Assembly (NCBI GenBank): GCA_951406725.2
Contig: OX597843.1
Span: 8,804,001-8,868,000 of the forward strand
Source: Octopus vulgaris
Lineage: Eukaryota
DNA length: 64,000 bases
Reading direction: 5' to 3'
The notes under the pieces were generated by a model that saw only the letters and a program-made list of their open reading frames with translations, ran no database searches and had not been told where the DNA came from. Shown piece after piece: positions 31,048-46,575 of the stretch. The stretch's first letter is position 1, and every line of letters begins with the position of its first letter. Position numbers and translations under genes: made by a program.

Positions 31048-31392
31048 CTTCAAGAAAGTTAGAGGTTGTGAATCCAACCAACTAAGGGATAATATCTATC
31101 CAATATACTGTTGGTATAATACCCAATTATTAATACACAAGTGTTTTTCATTGCATTGAAATTACATTACCAAGTGTACTAAATCAGTGAAGGTAAAGAA
31201 ATATTTTACCATTAATTTAAATTGCAAATCAGAACATGGAGGAAAACAATAGTTGGTTCATCGACTTTAGGACATTAAAAATGGCAACTTATTTATTTAT
31301 TAAACTGATAATTATAATGACATACAAACGTATAGCATATTATTCTTTGCATATAACATAAGGATACCAGTAATTATTAAAAAACACACACT

Positions 31393-31448
<56 letters not shown>

Positions 31449-31547
31449 GATAGATAGATACATAGATAGACAGACAGACAATTAGACATTCATCCACATA
31501 TCTATTTACTTGTCTATCAATTTATGTATTTAAATGTATATATACAC

Positions 31548-31647
<100 letters not shown>

Positions 31648-31704
31648 TTGCATGTATGTATGTAGGTAGGTAGGTAGGTAGGTATGTGTCTACGTATGTA
31701 TATA

Positions 31705-31752
<48 letters not shown>

Positions 31753-31962
31753 CATATATATATATATATATATTATATATATACTACGAAAAGAAAATAT
31801 AAAATACACGTGGAAATGTAAGGGTAATCTATGAAAAATCAACGAAAATGCATATTGCAGATAGAAAAAGACTATTTATGACAAATAACGACAAATATAT
31901 ACATTTAGATTGACTGAGGTAGTAATACGAGTCATAAAGGTCATTATTATGAGATATGTATA

Positions 31963-32024
<62 letters not shown>

Positions 32025-32414
32025 TTTACATAGGACTTACATTATTATCTAAAATAGTTTGATTCTGTTTCAAGCAACACGGTTTCGCAAGTCTTTAAAA
32101 GAAGTGCGTCTCTTTCAGGCTAAAGATTACCAAACACACACACACGCATACATTTATATGTGTATGTGTGTTTGTGTTTGCCTGTATGTGCGCGTGCCTG
32201 TGTGTGCATGTGTGTGTGTATGCATATATTCATGTATGGAGTAACTGTAAGAGTAGACAAGTGAGGCAGGTCGTCATGGGAAGTGCATTAAATACATCAA
32301 ATACAAAAAAATTTACGCATGTTTAAATACAAGAAAGGCCCGATATTCACAGAATAGAAATTATCTCAAGAATTAAAGGGTGTGAAGAAGAGTATTACAA
32401 ATCCAACAGAATAT

Positions 32415-32577
32415 AGGTGCAGGAGTGGCTGTGTGGTAAGTAGCTTGCTAACCAACCACATGGTTCCGGGTTCAGTCCCACTGCGTGGCATCCGGGCTAG
32501 TGTCTTCTGCTATAGCCTCGGCCTGACCAAAGCCTTGTGAGTGGATTTGGTAGACGGAAACTGAAAGAAGCCTATCG

Positions 32578-32634
<57 letters not shown>

Positions 32635-32858
32635 ATGTCTGTGTTTGTGTGTGTGTTTGTCCCCCTAGCATTGCTTGACAACCGATGGTGGTGTGTTTAC
32701 GTCCCCGTTACTTAGCGGTTCGGCAAAAGAGACCGATAGAATAAGTACTGGGCTTACAAAAAATAAGTCCCGGGGTCGATTTGCTCGACTAAAGGCGGTG
32801 CTCTAGCATGGCCGCAGTCAATTGACTGAAACAAGTAAAAGAGTAAAAGAGTAAAAGA
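32415..32858 (+). mobile_element. Group A SINE, full length
   Basis: Head, (TA)n(TG)n, body and (GTAAAAGA)n tail. Confidence 0.9.
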
Positions 32859-33358
32859 GGTGATTATGCGGTCCAAAATAATGATTGTAAATTTATTCTA
32901 TCGTCGGATGATACGGGCCTCCTTCTTCAGGAGAGAAATCTTAGAGTCCAGGTATTGACAGGAAAGGAGGTTAAAGATGTAAACACACATTTTTTTTTAT
33001 ATTTAATGTATTTGATATCTTTCATGCCAGAGCACAAATAGCACAATATGGGGTGGCCATGACCGGACTCACTTCTTCAGGCAAAGACGACCGGGTGTTT
33101 CACAACAATGGAAGATTTACAGACACGGATTTACACAAATATGTGTGCGTATGTATATGTGTATGTGTGTGTACGTAAATGTGAAAGTGAATGTATGTAT
33201 ACATGCATGTATATATGTATGTAAGAATTTATGCACAGATACATATACAAGACGGCCCGTAGTGGCAAAAAATGGTGGAGAAAGTGCTGCTCGAACACTA
33301 AAAGTGTGCTTTATTTGGGTTCTATACATATGTATGTATATACATATATACATTTTAT

Positions 33359-33415
<57 letters not shown>

Positions 33416-33531
33416 AATGTATGTATGTAAGTATACTTCTTTATGCATAGAGGTTAAGTACATAAAAAGAAATACATGTGTAATATACATATATATACGC
33501 AGTCATTCAAATATATGCATACATATTTACG

Positions 33532-33579
<48 letters not shown>

Positions 33580-33809
33580 TATATATGCAAATATACATAG
33601 AAATAGACATATATATATATATAAATTTATATGTATATATATGAATATATATAATATATATAATATATATATATGGATATATGTAAATTCACACACTTAT
33701 ATATATACATATATAGAAATATACTTACATTACCTATATATTTATAAGTACTTATACACAAAACAATATACACAAACATGTATATGTATATACATATATA
33801 TGTATGTAC

Positions 33810-33849
<40 letters not shown>

Positions 33850-33992
33850 ACATATATATATAGAGAGAGAGAAAGGGGGGATCTGTATATGTATACACAG
33901 CGTTCAAAGGAACATACACGCAGAGGCATGTCCAATGAAATACGTCACAAACACCATCGTACACACACACTCACACATTCACACACACAGAC

Positions 33993-34043
<51 letters not shown>

Positions 34044-34419
34044 CACATCATACGCTACTTCATGTTTACTACATGCGTTACCTGCCACCCATTCCTCCCG
34101 CACCCCACCCCCCGTCACTTCCCTTCAACCTCCACCTCCCACTACTACCTCCTTTCCAGCTTTCGGTTTACAATGAATTCAAATACACATCGACTGTCAT
34201 CTCACTGTGAAGTCCTCCCACTACATCCCCTCTCTTAGTAAGATTTTCTTAACTACTTTCACTTTCGTGTTAGGTGTGTGACGTAATCAAATGAGCAATA
34301 CACTCCACCCACCCACTACTAATTCCTCAAAAGGCGTTTTAAACTATCTGTCTGTCGCTTTCTATATCTATCTATATATCTACATGATTCCTATATTATT
34401 TTATATATATCTATTTATT

Positions 34420-34451
<32 letters not shown>

Positions 34452-34540
34452 TATATATATGTGCGTATATATATATGTATATATATATGTCTGTCTTTCT
34501 ATCTATCTATGTATCTATTTATATGTATATTTATACATAA

Positions 34541-34593
<53 letters not shown>

Positions 34594-34693
34594 TTTGTGT
34601 GAGTGTGTGATTGTGTTCATAGATATGTGTGTGTGTGTGAGTGGATGAGGGCGAGTGTGTGACTATCTATCTATCTATATATCTATCGATCTA

Positions 34694-34742
<49 letters not shown>

Positions 34743-34902
34743 TGTTATGTCAGGGAGAGTCATTTTCTTTTTGTACCTTATAATATAATACATTCACCGG
34801 TAAAATTTCCACTTAATTCTTATTATTATTTTCCTAAAACCTTTTCAATAGTCTTCACTCTGTCCGTTATTTACACTGCAGTGTAAATACCGGACAGATC
34901 CA

Positions 34903-34940
<38 letters not shown>

Positions 34941-35154
34941 AAACTAGATATGTATATGCATTTAAAACCTACAAGCATATATGTATATATCTCTATATAT
35001 TCTTATATAAACATATATGTATCTGTTTGTGAAAACATCCATATGCATATACACGCATGCATGTATATATGTATATATATGTATATATATACATATATAT
35101 ATGTATATATATACATACATGTATGTATACGTATATATATATATATATATATAA

Positions 35155-35530
<376 letters not shown>

Positions 35531-35795
35531 AAATATAAATTTATATGTATATACACATATATATAAAACTTACTTGGAAGTGGATGCGTGGCGTTCGATC
35601 ATATAATAACAAAATAATAAATAAAACATATGCATATATACATACAAATAGGTACGTACCTACATCAATATATATATATACATGCATATATATATATACA
35701 TGACACCAAAAAAAAAACGTCGAACACAATGAGAAATATATTTTATATATATATTTTATATATATATAAAATATATATATAAATTTATATTATGA

Positions 35796-35830
<35 letters not shown>

Positions 35831-36534
35831 AAATTTATAAATATATTTTATATATATATTATAAAGATATTATAAATATATATAATATATATTATACATA
35901 TAGATATATAGACATATATATATGCATATATTTATATAGATATACATACATATATTTGTATATGAATACATATACACATAAATATATACATATATAAAAT
36001 ATATATATATATATATTATAGTTAATTTATATTATATATATATATACCTTTGTGTAATATATATATATTACATTTTATCTTATATTAAACTTTTTAATAC
36101 TTTTTGATAGTTATATATATTTAATAAAAAAAAATTTTAAATTAAAATTTAAAAAAAAATTAAAATATATTCTCTTTACTCTTTACTCTTACTCTTTTAC
36201 TTGTTTCAATCATTTGACTGCGGCCATGCTGGAGCACCGCCTTTAGTCGAGCAAATCGACCCCGGGACTTATTTTTGTAAGCCCAGTACTTATTCTATCG
36301 GTCTATTTTGCCGAACCGCTAAGTGACGGGGACATATATATATATATGTTTATAAAAATTTATAAATATAAATTAATAATTTTAAATTTTTAACTTTAAA
36401 TTTAAATAATTTAAATTTTGAATTTCATATTTCATATATTCTGTATATTATATTAATAATTATTATTTCTATGTTTTGGTTTATGTTCTTCACTGTTGGA
36501 TTTGCCTAATAGTGGTTTTATCTCAAATTTAATT

Positions 36535-36591
<57 letters not shown>

Positions 36592-36652
36592 TTCAGCGGT
36601 GGCGCTCCAGCATGACCGCGGCCTTCGGGCAAAAGCATTTTTATGGATTTAA

Positions 36653-36695
<43 letters not shown>

Positions 36696-36813
36696 AATAC
36701 ATACATATATAAAATATATATATATATTATAGTTAATCCATATTATATATATATATATATCCATATATATATTTATGTATTTATGTATATATATATATAT
36801 ATATTTATGTATT

Positions 36814-36867
<54 letters not shown>

Positions 36868-37397
36868 TCCATCCATACATACGTAGATATTCAGAAAAGC
36901 TCAGCCACACGCAAATCAAGTATATAAATATAGATGTGTATATAAATATACAGGTGCGCGTACGACACACACGCTCATATGTAATATACATCCGTGTATT
37001 TCAATACATAGACGTACATGCATACATACATACATACATACATACATACATACATGCATGCATACATACATACATACATACATACATACACACATACATA
37101 CATACATACATACATACACACATACATACATACATACATACATACATACACACACACATACATACATACATACATACATACATACATACATACACACACA
37201 CATACATACATACATACATACATACACACATACACACATACATACATACATACATACATACATACATACATACATACATACATACATACATACATACATA
37301 CACGCATATACATGCGGAATAATACGTACATATTTGTACGCAGATGCACAAGCGTATCGGAACATAGATACTCACATATAAGAATGAACAAATACAC

Positions 37398-37515
<118 letters not shown>

Positions 37516-37640
37516 GTATGTATTTATGTATATCATCCATACGTTGGATATATACCAATACAAACGCAATGCACATTTAGAGGGATATAATGTTGCTTTG
37601 AGCTCATCGTATCTATTATGCATACATGCATACGTACATA

Positions 37641-38284
<644 letters not shown>

Positions 38285-38745
38285 ATACATGGATAAATTT
38301 ACGGAAGCATATAGCCACACAGGTGTATACAGGTGCGTAAGGCATACGACGCGTACCTAATAATACATACATATATATATGTAAACATACATACATATAT
38401 ACATACAGATATACATAGATACACATATAATTCATACCTACATAAATTACATATATACACTCATACATACATACATACGTTCATACATGCATACATACAA
38501 ACATACATACATACAGAGACGCGAACAAATATACTTAACACTTACGAGAAATACCTACACACACGTAAACAACTGCACATATATATATATACACACATAT
38601 ATACATACATGCATACATACATATATATTTACACACACACATACGTATATACTCATACACACAAATACAGAAATACACATACATATATACTCACGCACTC
38701 TTTCATATATACACACATGGACGCGTGCGCACACACACACACATG

Positions 38746-38794
<49 letters not shown>

Positions 38795-38857
38795 GCACAT
38801 CTATTTATACACGCGAAGATACGCGCATAGAAACATATAGATATACATATATATATG

Positions 38858-38902
<45 letters not shown>

Positions 38903-39016
38903 ATGGGCACACACACCCACATATATACAAACACACATATACTCATATACACACATAAACACAAACAAATATATACACAGGAGCACACCCGCGTGGATAT
39001 ACATGCTTTTATAATA

Positions 39017-39102
<86 letters not shown>

Positions 39103-39137
39103 GTACATATATATATATTTATATATATATACATATA

Positions 39138-39181
<44 letters not shown>

Positions 39182-40200
39182 ATATGTGTATATATATATA
39201 TATATATACACACACATATATACATATATATATGTATATATATAGATATATATATATATATATATATATATAGATATATATATATAATTCACATATATAT
39301 ACACATATATATATATACACACACACACAGAGGTGGGTACACACACAATCACACACATACAGTCATACACATACTCACACATAATCACACATACACACAC
39401 AAACACTCATACACACACACGTACACACACACACACAGGTACACACACACACACACTCTGACACACAAACACTCATACACACACACACAGGTACACACAC
39501 ACACAGTCACACACAAAAACTCATACACACACTCATACACACACACACACAAAAACTCATACACACACTCATACACACACACACACATACACACACACAC
39601 ACACACATACACACACACACTCATACACACACACTCATACACACACACACACTCACACACACAAACAGTCATACACACAAACATATACACACACATATAC
39701 ACACACACACTCGATGTCTTAACCTTACCTGATTCACCCCCAATTAATTCAACAAATCTAAATATAGAAGCTCCGCCCACACACCATTCTCCCCCTCTCT
39801 CGCCATTCTCACCATTCTCTCCCTCTCTCCTCGCCTCTCTTTTTCTTTCTTGATTACGTCACACTTCTTAGCAACTCCTCCTCCACCAAGTTTTCTTCTC
39901 CCCTCCTCCTCCTCCTCCAGTAGTAATTACTCCTCATCCCACCACCTCTTTCCATGTCATCTTTGAATATCTGCCACCACCATTTATACACTATCCCTTT
40001 CATCCAGCGTTCAGCTCCTACCTTCGCCTCTCCTTACCTCGTTTGTATGGGAAGCCAACTACCCCGCCACACACACACACACAAACACACACGCACACAT
40101 ACATACACCTACTGTTTGTGGTTCTATCTGTCTATCTACCCATCTATCTGTCTATTTGTCGACCTATCTATCTATCCATCTATCCATCCATCTATCTATC

Positions 40201-40235
<35 letters not shown>

Positions 40236-40379
40236 CTATCTATTTATCTATCTATCCATCCAACTACCTATCTATCTATATCTATCTATCTATCTATCCA
40301 TCCAACTACCTATCCATCCATCCATCTATCTATCTCTATCTATCTATCTATCTATCTAAATATCTATTTATCCATCCAA

Positions 40380-41097
40380 CTCCGACCTGCCCGAGATGCG
40401 GTCAGAGCGACGAAACCGTTCTGCACGCACTCGTTCAGTGTCCAACAATTTCCGACCTGTGGGCTTATGTCGAACAACTGCTGTCACGTGTGGGACGAGT
40501 CGGTTTATCAGCTGAGTCTATCGTCAATATTGTCACGCCTCCTTCCTTCAAACGGGAAGGAAGAGCTATTTTCATCATCCTTGTGGCTATGGCGAAAGAA
40601 TGTATCTGGTGGACGCGTCTGAAAGGATTGGAGACAAACACTTTCCTCTCTGGTCAATCTCTCATCAACTTCTTCAAGTACCACTTGAAAAGGAAAGTGA
40701 GAGTAGAGAGGCAAGTTTTGTCTAGCGAATGTTTTAAAAAAAGATGGGTGAATGTAGCAAGAATGGCGCGTATGAATGACGAAGCCACCTTGAGCATAGT
40801 CCTATGAACCCAGAAATCGAAAACAGAGAGTTGCTTATTTGCAAAAAAAAAAAAAAAGAAATATAAAATGTGACATCATTGACCGAGGTTACCGTGGTCT
40901 TTTCCGTAGGCTTTTCTTTCCACGGGTAAACCTCACCTGTCCTCCCCTTTACACTTCATATTGACATTTCTGTGATAACGATCCCTATTGATCAATTTTT
41001 TTTTTTTTTTTTTTTTCCTCTCCCCCTTTTTTTAACCCCCCTTTTTTTTGTCCTCTTTCTCTCCTTTTACGATCCCTTTTGATCGAAACTCCCCCTT

Positions 41098-41131
<34 letters not shown>

Positions 41132-41204
41132 CTTCAAAAGAAAAGCTCTACCTTGTAATTTGTTCTATCTGTGTGCAGCCCTGTGTGGCTAATAAAGAAA
41201 CATA
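40380..41204 (+). mobile_element. 5'-truncated L1/Tx1-clade LINE in (TATC)n
   Basis: ORF end PTCPRCGQSDETVLHALVQC...LW...KECIWWTR...F..RW is the CCHC zinc-knuckle region of an L1/Tx1 ORF2 (stop at 40807). T-rich 3'UTR ending GTGTGGCTAATAAAGAAAC. Confidence 0.85.
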
Positions 41205-41329
41205 TCCATCCAACTACCTATCTATCTCTATCTATCTATCCATCCAACTACCTATCTATCTATCTATCTCTATCTATCCATCCAACTACCTATCTATCTA
41301 CCTATCTATCCATCCAACTACCTATTTAT

Positions 41330-41578
41330 CTATCTATCTATCTATCTATCTCTATCTATCCATCCATCCATCCATCCATCCATCCATCTATCTATCTATC
41401 TCTATCTCTCTATCCATCTATCCATCCAACTACCTATCTATCTATCTATCTATCTATCTACCTTTCTGTTTATTTTTCTCTCTATCTCCCTGTTTATCTA
41501 CCTATATATCAGTGTATCTATTATCTACCTATCTATTTATCTATCAACACACACACACACACACACACATACACACAT

Positions 41579-41637
<59 letters not shown>

Positions 41638-41774
41638 GTTAATCCAAGCAAGAAAACAAAAAGACAACAACGCAAGGACGTGGAACAAATAAAGTATTAT
41701 TGGACGCTCAGGAAAGAAGGGAAGAATATATATATATATATATATGTATGTAAATTTAAAATGAGGGTCTAGCA

Positions 41775-41810
<36 letters not shown>

Positions 41811-41861
41811 TGTATTTGTATACATTTGGCATATATTTATATGTATAGCATATATGGTCTA

Positions 41862-41903
<42 letters not shown>

Positions 41904-42009
41904 ATGTGTGTGTGTGTGTGTGTTGATAGATAAATAGATAGGTAGATAATAGATACACTGATATATAGGTAGATAAACAGGGAGATAGAGAGAAAAATAA
42001 ACAGAAAGG

Positions 42010-42048
<39 letters not shown>

Positions 42049-42117
42049 GGTAGTTGGATGGATAGATGGATAGAGATAGAGATAGATAGATAGATGGATG
42101 GATGGATGGATAGATAG

Positions 42118-42167
<50 letters not shown>

Positions 42168-42230
42168 GTAGTTGGATGGATAGATAGATAGATAGATAGA
42201 TAGGTAGTTGGATGGATAGATAGAGATAGA
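41330..42230. repeat. Inverted duplication of low-complexity plus unique sequence
   Basis: 41455-41590 (CCTTTCTGTTTATTTTTCTCTCTATCTCCCTG...TCAACACAC) recurs reverse-complemented at 41890-42015. Confidence 0.85.
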
Positions 42231-42518
42231 TATATATATATATATATATATATATGTATAGCATATATATATATATATATGTATGTATGTGTATATATAT
42301 GTATATGTGTAGCTATTTACCAGTCTATCAACGTATCTTAATATCAGTCTATTTATCTGTATCTCTGCCTCTCTGTTGATCTATCTTTCATGTATTTATG
42401 TACTTCTCCATCTTGTCTCTCTATCTATCTACCTATCAATTAATCAATCAATCAATCTATCTATCTATCTATTTATCTATCTATCTACCTATCAATCAAT
42501 CTATCTATCTATCTATCT

Positions 42519-42910
42519 GTAGCAAGGATGGCACGTATGAATGACGAAGCCACCTTGAGCATAATCCTATGAACCCAGAAAATTTAAAACAGAGGGTTAC
42601 CTACTTGCAAACAAATGTGGTAACATATAACAATATTGACCAAGGTTACTGTGGTCTTTTTTGTAGGCTTTTCTTCCCACGAATAAACCTTATCTGCTTC
42701 CCCCTTTACACTTTACATCATGACACTGTGATACACGATCCCTATTGATCGCTTTTTTTCTTTTGTTTCTTTTCCTTCTTTTCTTTTTTTTCTTCTTTCC
42801 CTTTTGATCGAAAACCTACCCCACCTTTTATTTTTTTCTCACAAAAAAGAAAAGCTCTACTTTGTAATCTGTCCCTCTGTGTGTAGCCCCGTGTGGCTAA
42901 TAAAGAAACA
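42519..42910 (+). mobile_element. Tx1-like LINE 3' fragment, copy 2
   Basis: Matches 40754-41204, flanked by (TATC)n. Confidence 0.85.
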
Positions 42911-42938
42911 TATATATATATCTATCTATCTTTCTATA

Positions 42939-42976
<38 letters not shown>

Positions 42977-43204
42977 ATATAATCTATCTATCTATCTATC
43001 TACTTATCTATCTATCATTATATCTATCTATTTATTTATGAATATCTCAATACAACACAATTTCTCCACGGATCCAGGGATCACATGCATAAAAACACAA
43101 TAACGTGAAGAATATCTAATTATATGTATATATATTACATAAAACACACATATAATCTCACATACAGAATTCATATATAAGGCAAAGCCATTCTACAATC
43201 TACA

Positions 43205-43406
43205 ATTCGAATCTCAGACCGGGCGATGTGTGTGTCTATGAGCGAAACAGCTAAACTCCACGCGGCTCCGGCAAAAAATTAATGGCGAACTTCTGCTGAC
43301 TCTTTCGCCACAACATTCTCTCACTCTTTCCTCCTGCATCTTGCAGCTCACCTGCGACGGACCAGCGTCCCGTCCAGGTGGGGAACCTATACGCCAAGGA
43401 AACCGC
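43205..43406 (+). mobile_element. Group B2 SINE, truncated
   Basis: Matches 12783-13081 inverted. Confidence 0.8.
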
Positions 43407-43452
43407 CAAGACAGACAGACAGACAGACAGATAGATAGATAGATAGATAGAT

Positions 43453-43537
<85 letters not shown>

Positions 43538-43538
<1 letters not shown>

Positions 43539-44041
43539 GTTTCTTTATTAGCCAGACAGGGCTGCACACAGATGGGACAAATTACAAGGTAGAGCCTTTC
43601 TTTTGGGGGGATGAAAAAAACAAAAAACAGAAAAACAATGAAGCAAAAAAAAAAGTGGCGTAGGTTTTCGATCAAAAGGGATCGTAAAAGGGAAAAAAAG
43701 AAAAAAAAAGAAGAAAAAAGAAAAAAGGAAAAGAAACAAGAGAAAAGAAAAAAGAAAAAAGAAGAAAAAAGAGGGAAAAAGGGGAGAGGAATAAAAAAAC
43801 CATCAATAGGGATCGTGTATCACAGTGTCATGATATACGGTGTAAAGGGGGAAGCAGATAAGGTTTATCCGTGGGAAGAAAAGCCTACGAAAAAGACCAC
43901 GGTAACCTCGGTCAATATTGTTATATGTTACCACATTTGTTTGCAAGTGAGTAACCCTCTGTTTTCAATTTCTGGGTTCATAGGATTATGCTCAAGGTGG
44001 CTTCGTCATTCATACGTGCCATTCTTGCTACATTCACCCAT
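43538..44041 (-). mobile_element. Tx1-like LINE 3' fragment, copy 3
   Basis: Reverse complement of 40744-41204, with (GATA)n on both sides. Confidence 0.85.
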
Positions 44042-44248
44042 AGATAGATAGATAGAATGTAGGTGTTTGAGAGAGAGTAACGTGAGGTAAGTACAAAGAA
44101 AGAGCGAGAGACACAGGAAGAGAGACGGATCCAACGAGGTTACCAATACCTATACACATATATTGACACACACACACACACATACACACACACACATAAA
44201 TGCTAGCTCGTGCATATGCATATATGGATACGTATACGGTATGACATA

Positions 44249-44653
44249 AAAAGGCGGCGAGCTGGCAGAAACGTTAGCACGCCGGGCGAAATGCGCAGCC
44301 GTATTTCGTCTGTCGTTACGTTGTGAGTTCAAATTCCGCCAGGGTCGACTTTGCCTCTCATCCTTTCGGTGGTCGATAAATTAAGTAGCAGTTACGCACT
44401 GGGGTCGATGTAATCGACTTAATACCTATGTCTGTCCTTGTTTAGCCCCTTGTGGGTAGTAAAGAAATAGGTATTTTGTCTGTCGTTACGTTCTGAGTTC
44501 AAATTCCGCAGAGGTCGACTTTGCCTTTCATCCTTTCGGGGTCGATAAATTAATTACCAGTTACGCACTGGGGTTGATGTAATCGATTTAATACCCATAT
44601 CTGTCCTTGTTTGTCCCCTCTATGTTTAGCCCCTTGTGGGTAATAAAGAAATA
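44249..44653 (+). mobile_element. Group C tRNA-derived SINE with internal tandem duplication
   Basis: Head GGCGGCGAGCTGGCAGAA...GAGTTCAAATTCC, body GCCTTTCATCCTTTCGGGGTCGATAAA present twice. TSD GGTATGACATA at 44238-44248 and 44654-44664. Confidence 0.88.
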
Positions 44654-44933
44654 GGTATGACATATATGTATACACAGACCTATACATATACATTTGTATA
44701 CATTCATATACACACGCATCCAACCCTCACTGTAACCATGTATACACACACACACACACACACACACACTTACATACATGCATACATACATACATAATTC
44801 CTACATGCGTAGACACATATATACGCGGATGTGAGTGCATAACTATGGATGAATGTATAATTTGATAACTATATATATAGCATCACAGATGGTGACCGAT
44901 TCATAGCTTGCCTGTATATATATATGTTTATAC

Positions 44934-44996
<63 letters not shown>

Positions 44997-45009
44997 TATA
45001 TACATATAT

Positions 45010-45076
<67 letters not shown>

Positions 45077-45238
45077 TGTATATCTATATATAGACACACA
45101 TGCGCACGCATAAGCATATTTTTATATATAGATACATATAGATATTTAGAAAAGCCTACACACACACGCGCACATGTATGCATTAATTTAAATATATGCA
45201 TATGGAAATACATTTGCCAATATATATTTATATGAGTA

Positions 45239-45281
<43 letters not shown>

Positions 45282-45310
45282 TAGATACTTATTTAAACAC
45301 ATACAACTGC

Positions 45311-45365
<55 letters not shown>

Positions 45366-45394
45366 TATATATATATAAATATATATATAAATAT

Positions 45395-45453
<59 letters not shown>

Positions 45454-45489
45454 GTATATATATACATATATATATATATATATTGATAC

Positions 45490-45611
<122 letters not shown>

Positions 45612-45733
45612 GTATATATTCACGTACGTACATATCCATACATGGAGAGAGATGATATCCACCCCAGCTTTCGATACATTTGACAGCTATGATAGCCGAA
45701 TCCGGATATTATCAGTTAATTAGACTCACTTAC

Positions 45734-46170
45734 CAAACGGATATTGCAAGATTTAAAAAGCTGTAATCCCGTCACACTAATAATCCGCCTCCGGGGTCCA
45801 AAATCTCTTTACGCCGCCACAGCTCCCAGTCGCCATTTTACTTTCTTCTCCCCCCCTCCCCGCCATTCCTGCCCCCCTCTCGCTTTGTCTCTCGTATTGT
45901 CTTTTCTCCTTCTCTGTCGCTTTTCGCTACACACTGCATCTCATCTCCCCCCCCCCCCGGAATACACCTCTATCCGCTAACATATTTCTGAGTTAGATCT
46001 TTATAACATTGTCCATCCATTCGAAATTATCCCTGCGTTCCTTTAAAATTCCGCCATCTTCCTTTAACTTCACTTTGACAAGGATGGTCGTCCGAAGTTT
46101 CGTCATTTTAATATCTTCCGTTTGATGAACGCAGAAGACGGAGCGGCCATTTTGTTTTATTAAGATTCCA
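45734..46170 (-). promoter_or_regulatory. Candidate promoter / non-coding first exon of a minus-strand gene
   Basis: CpG-rich unique island with four co-oriented YY1-like GCCAT motifs (45831, 45860, 46051, 46142) and a strong donor TTG|GTAAGT on the minus strand at 45734/45733. Confidence 0.5.
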
Positions 46171-46522
46171 TCATAATTCTTCCTTTGTTATTTCTTTTTT
46201 TTTCCTTTTTTTATATATATATATGTGTATGTGTGTGTACATGTGTGTTTTGTTTTGTCCTTTGAGATTTGTTGTTATTGCTGCTGTTGTTGTCGGCATC
46301 ATTGCATTTGTTCCTCTTGCCGTTGATGGCCGATCGTTGCACTTTCCACACGCCAGTACACACATACACACTCACCACACACACACACGCACACACACAC
46401 GCACGGTCACATATACACATATATGTATGTACTATACGTATATTCGTAAGCCATGAATTTTAATGTGTGTGTATATGTGTCTATATATATATGTATATAT
46501 ATATACATATATATATATATAT

Positions 46523-46575
<53 letters not shown>

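Noticed and set aside
31915-31924. TGAGGTAGTA, matching the let-7 5' end
   Set aside because: The match stops after 10 nt and there is no precursor hairpin.
35740-36530. Irregular A/T-run-rich stretch
   Set aside because: Looks like degenerate TA tract or low-quality consensus; no interpretable structure apart from SINE and fold-back fragments.
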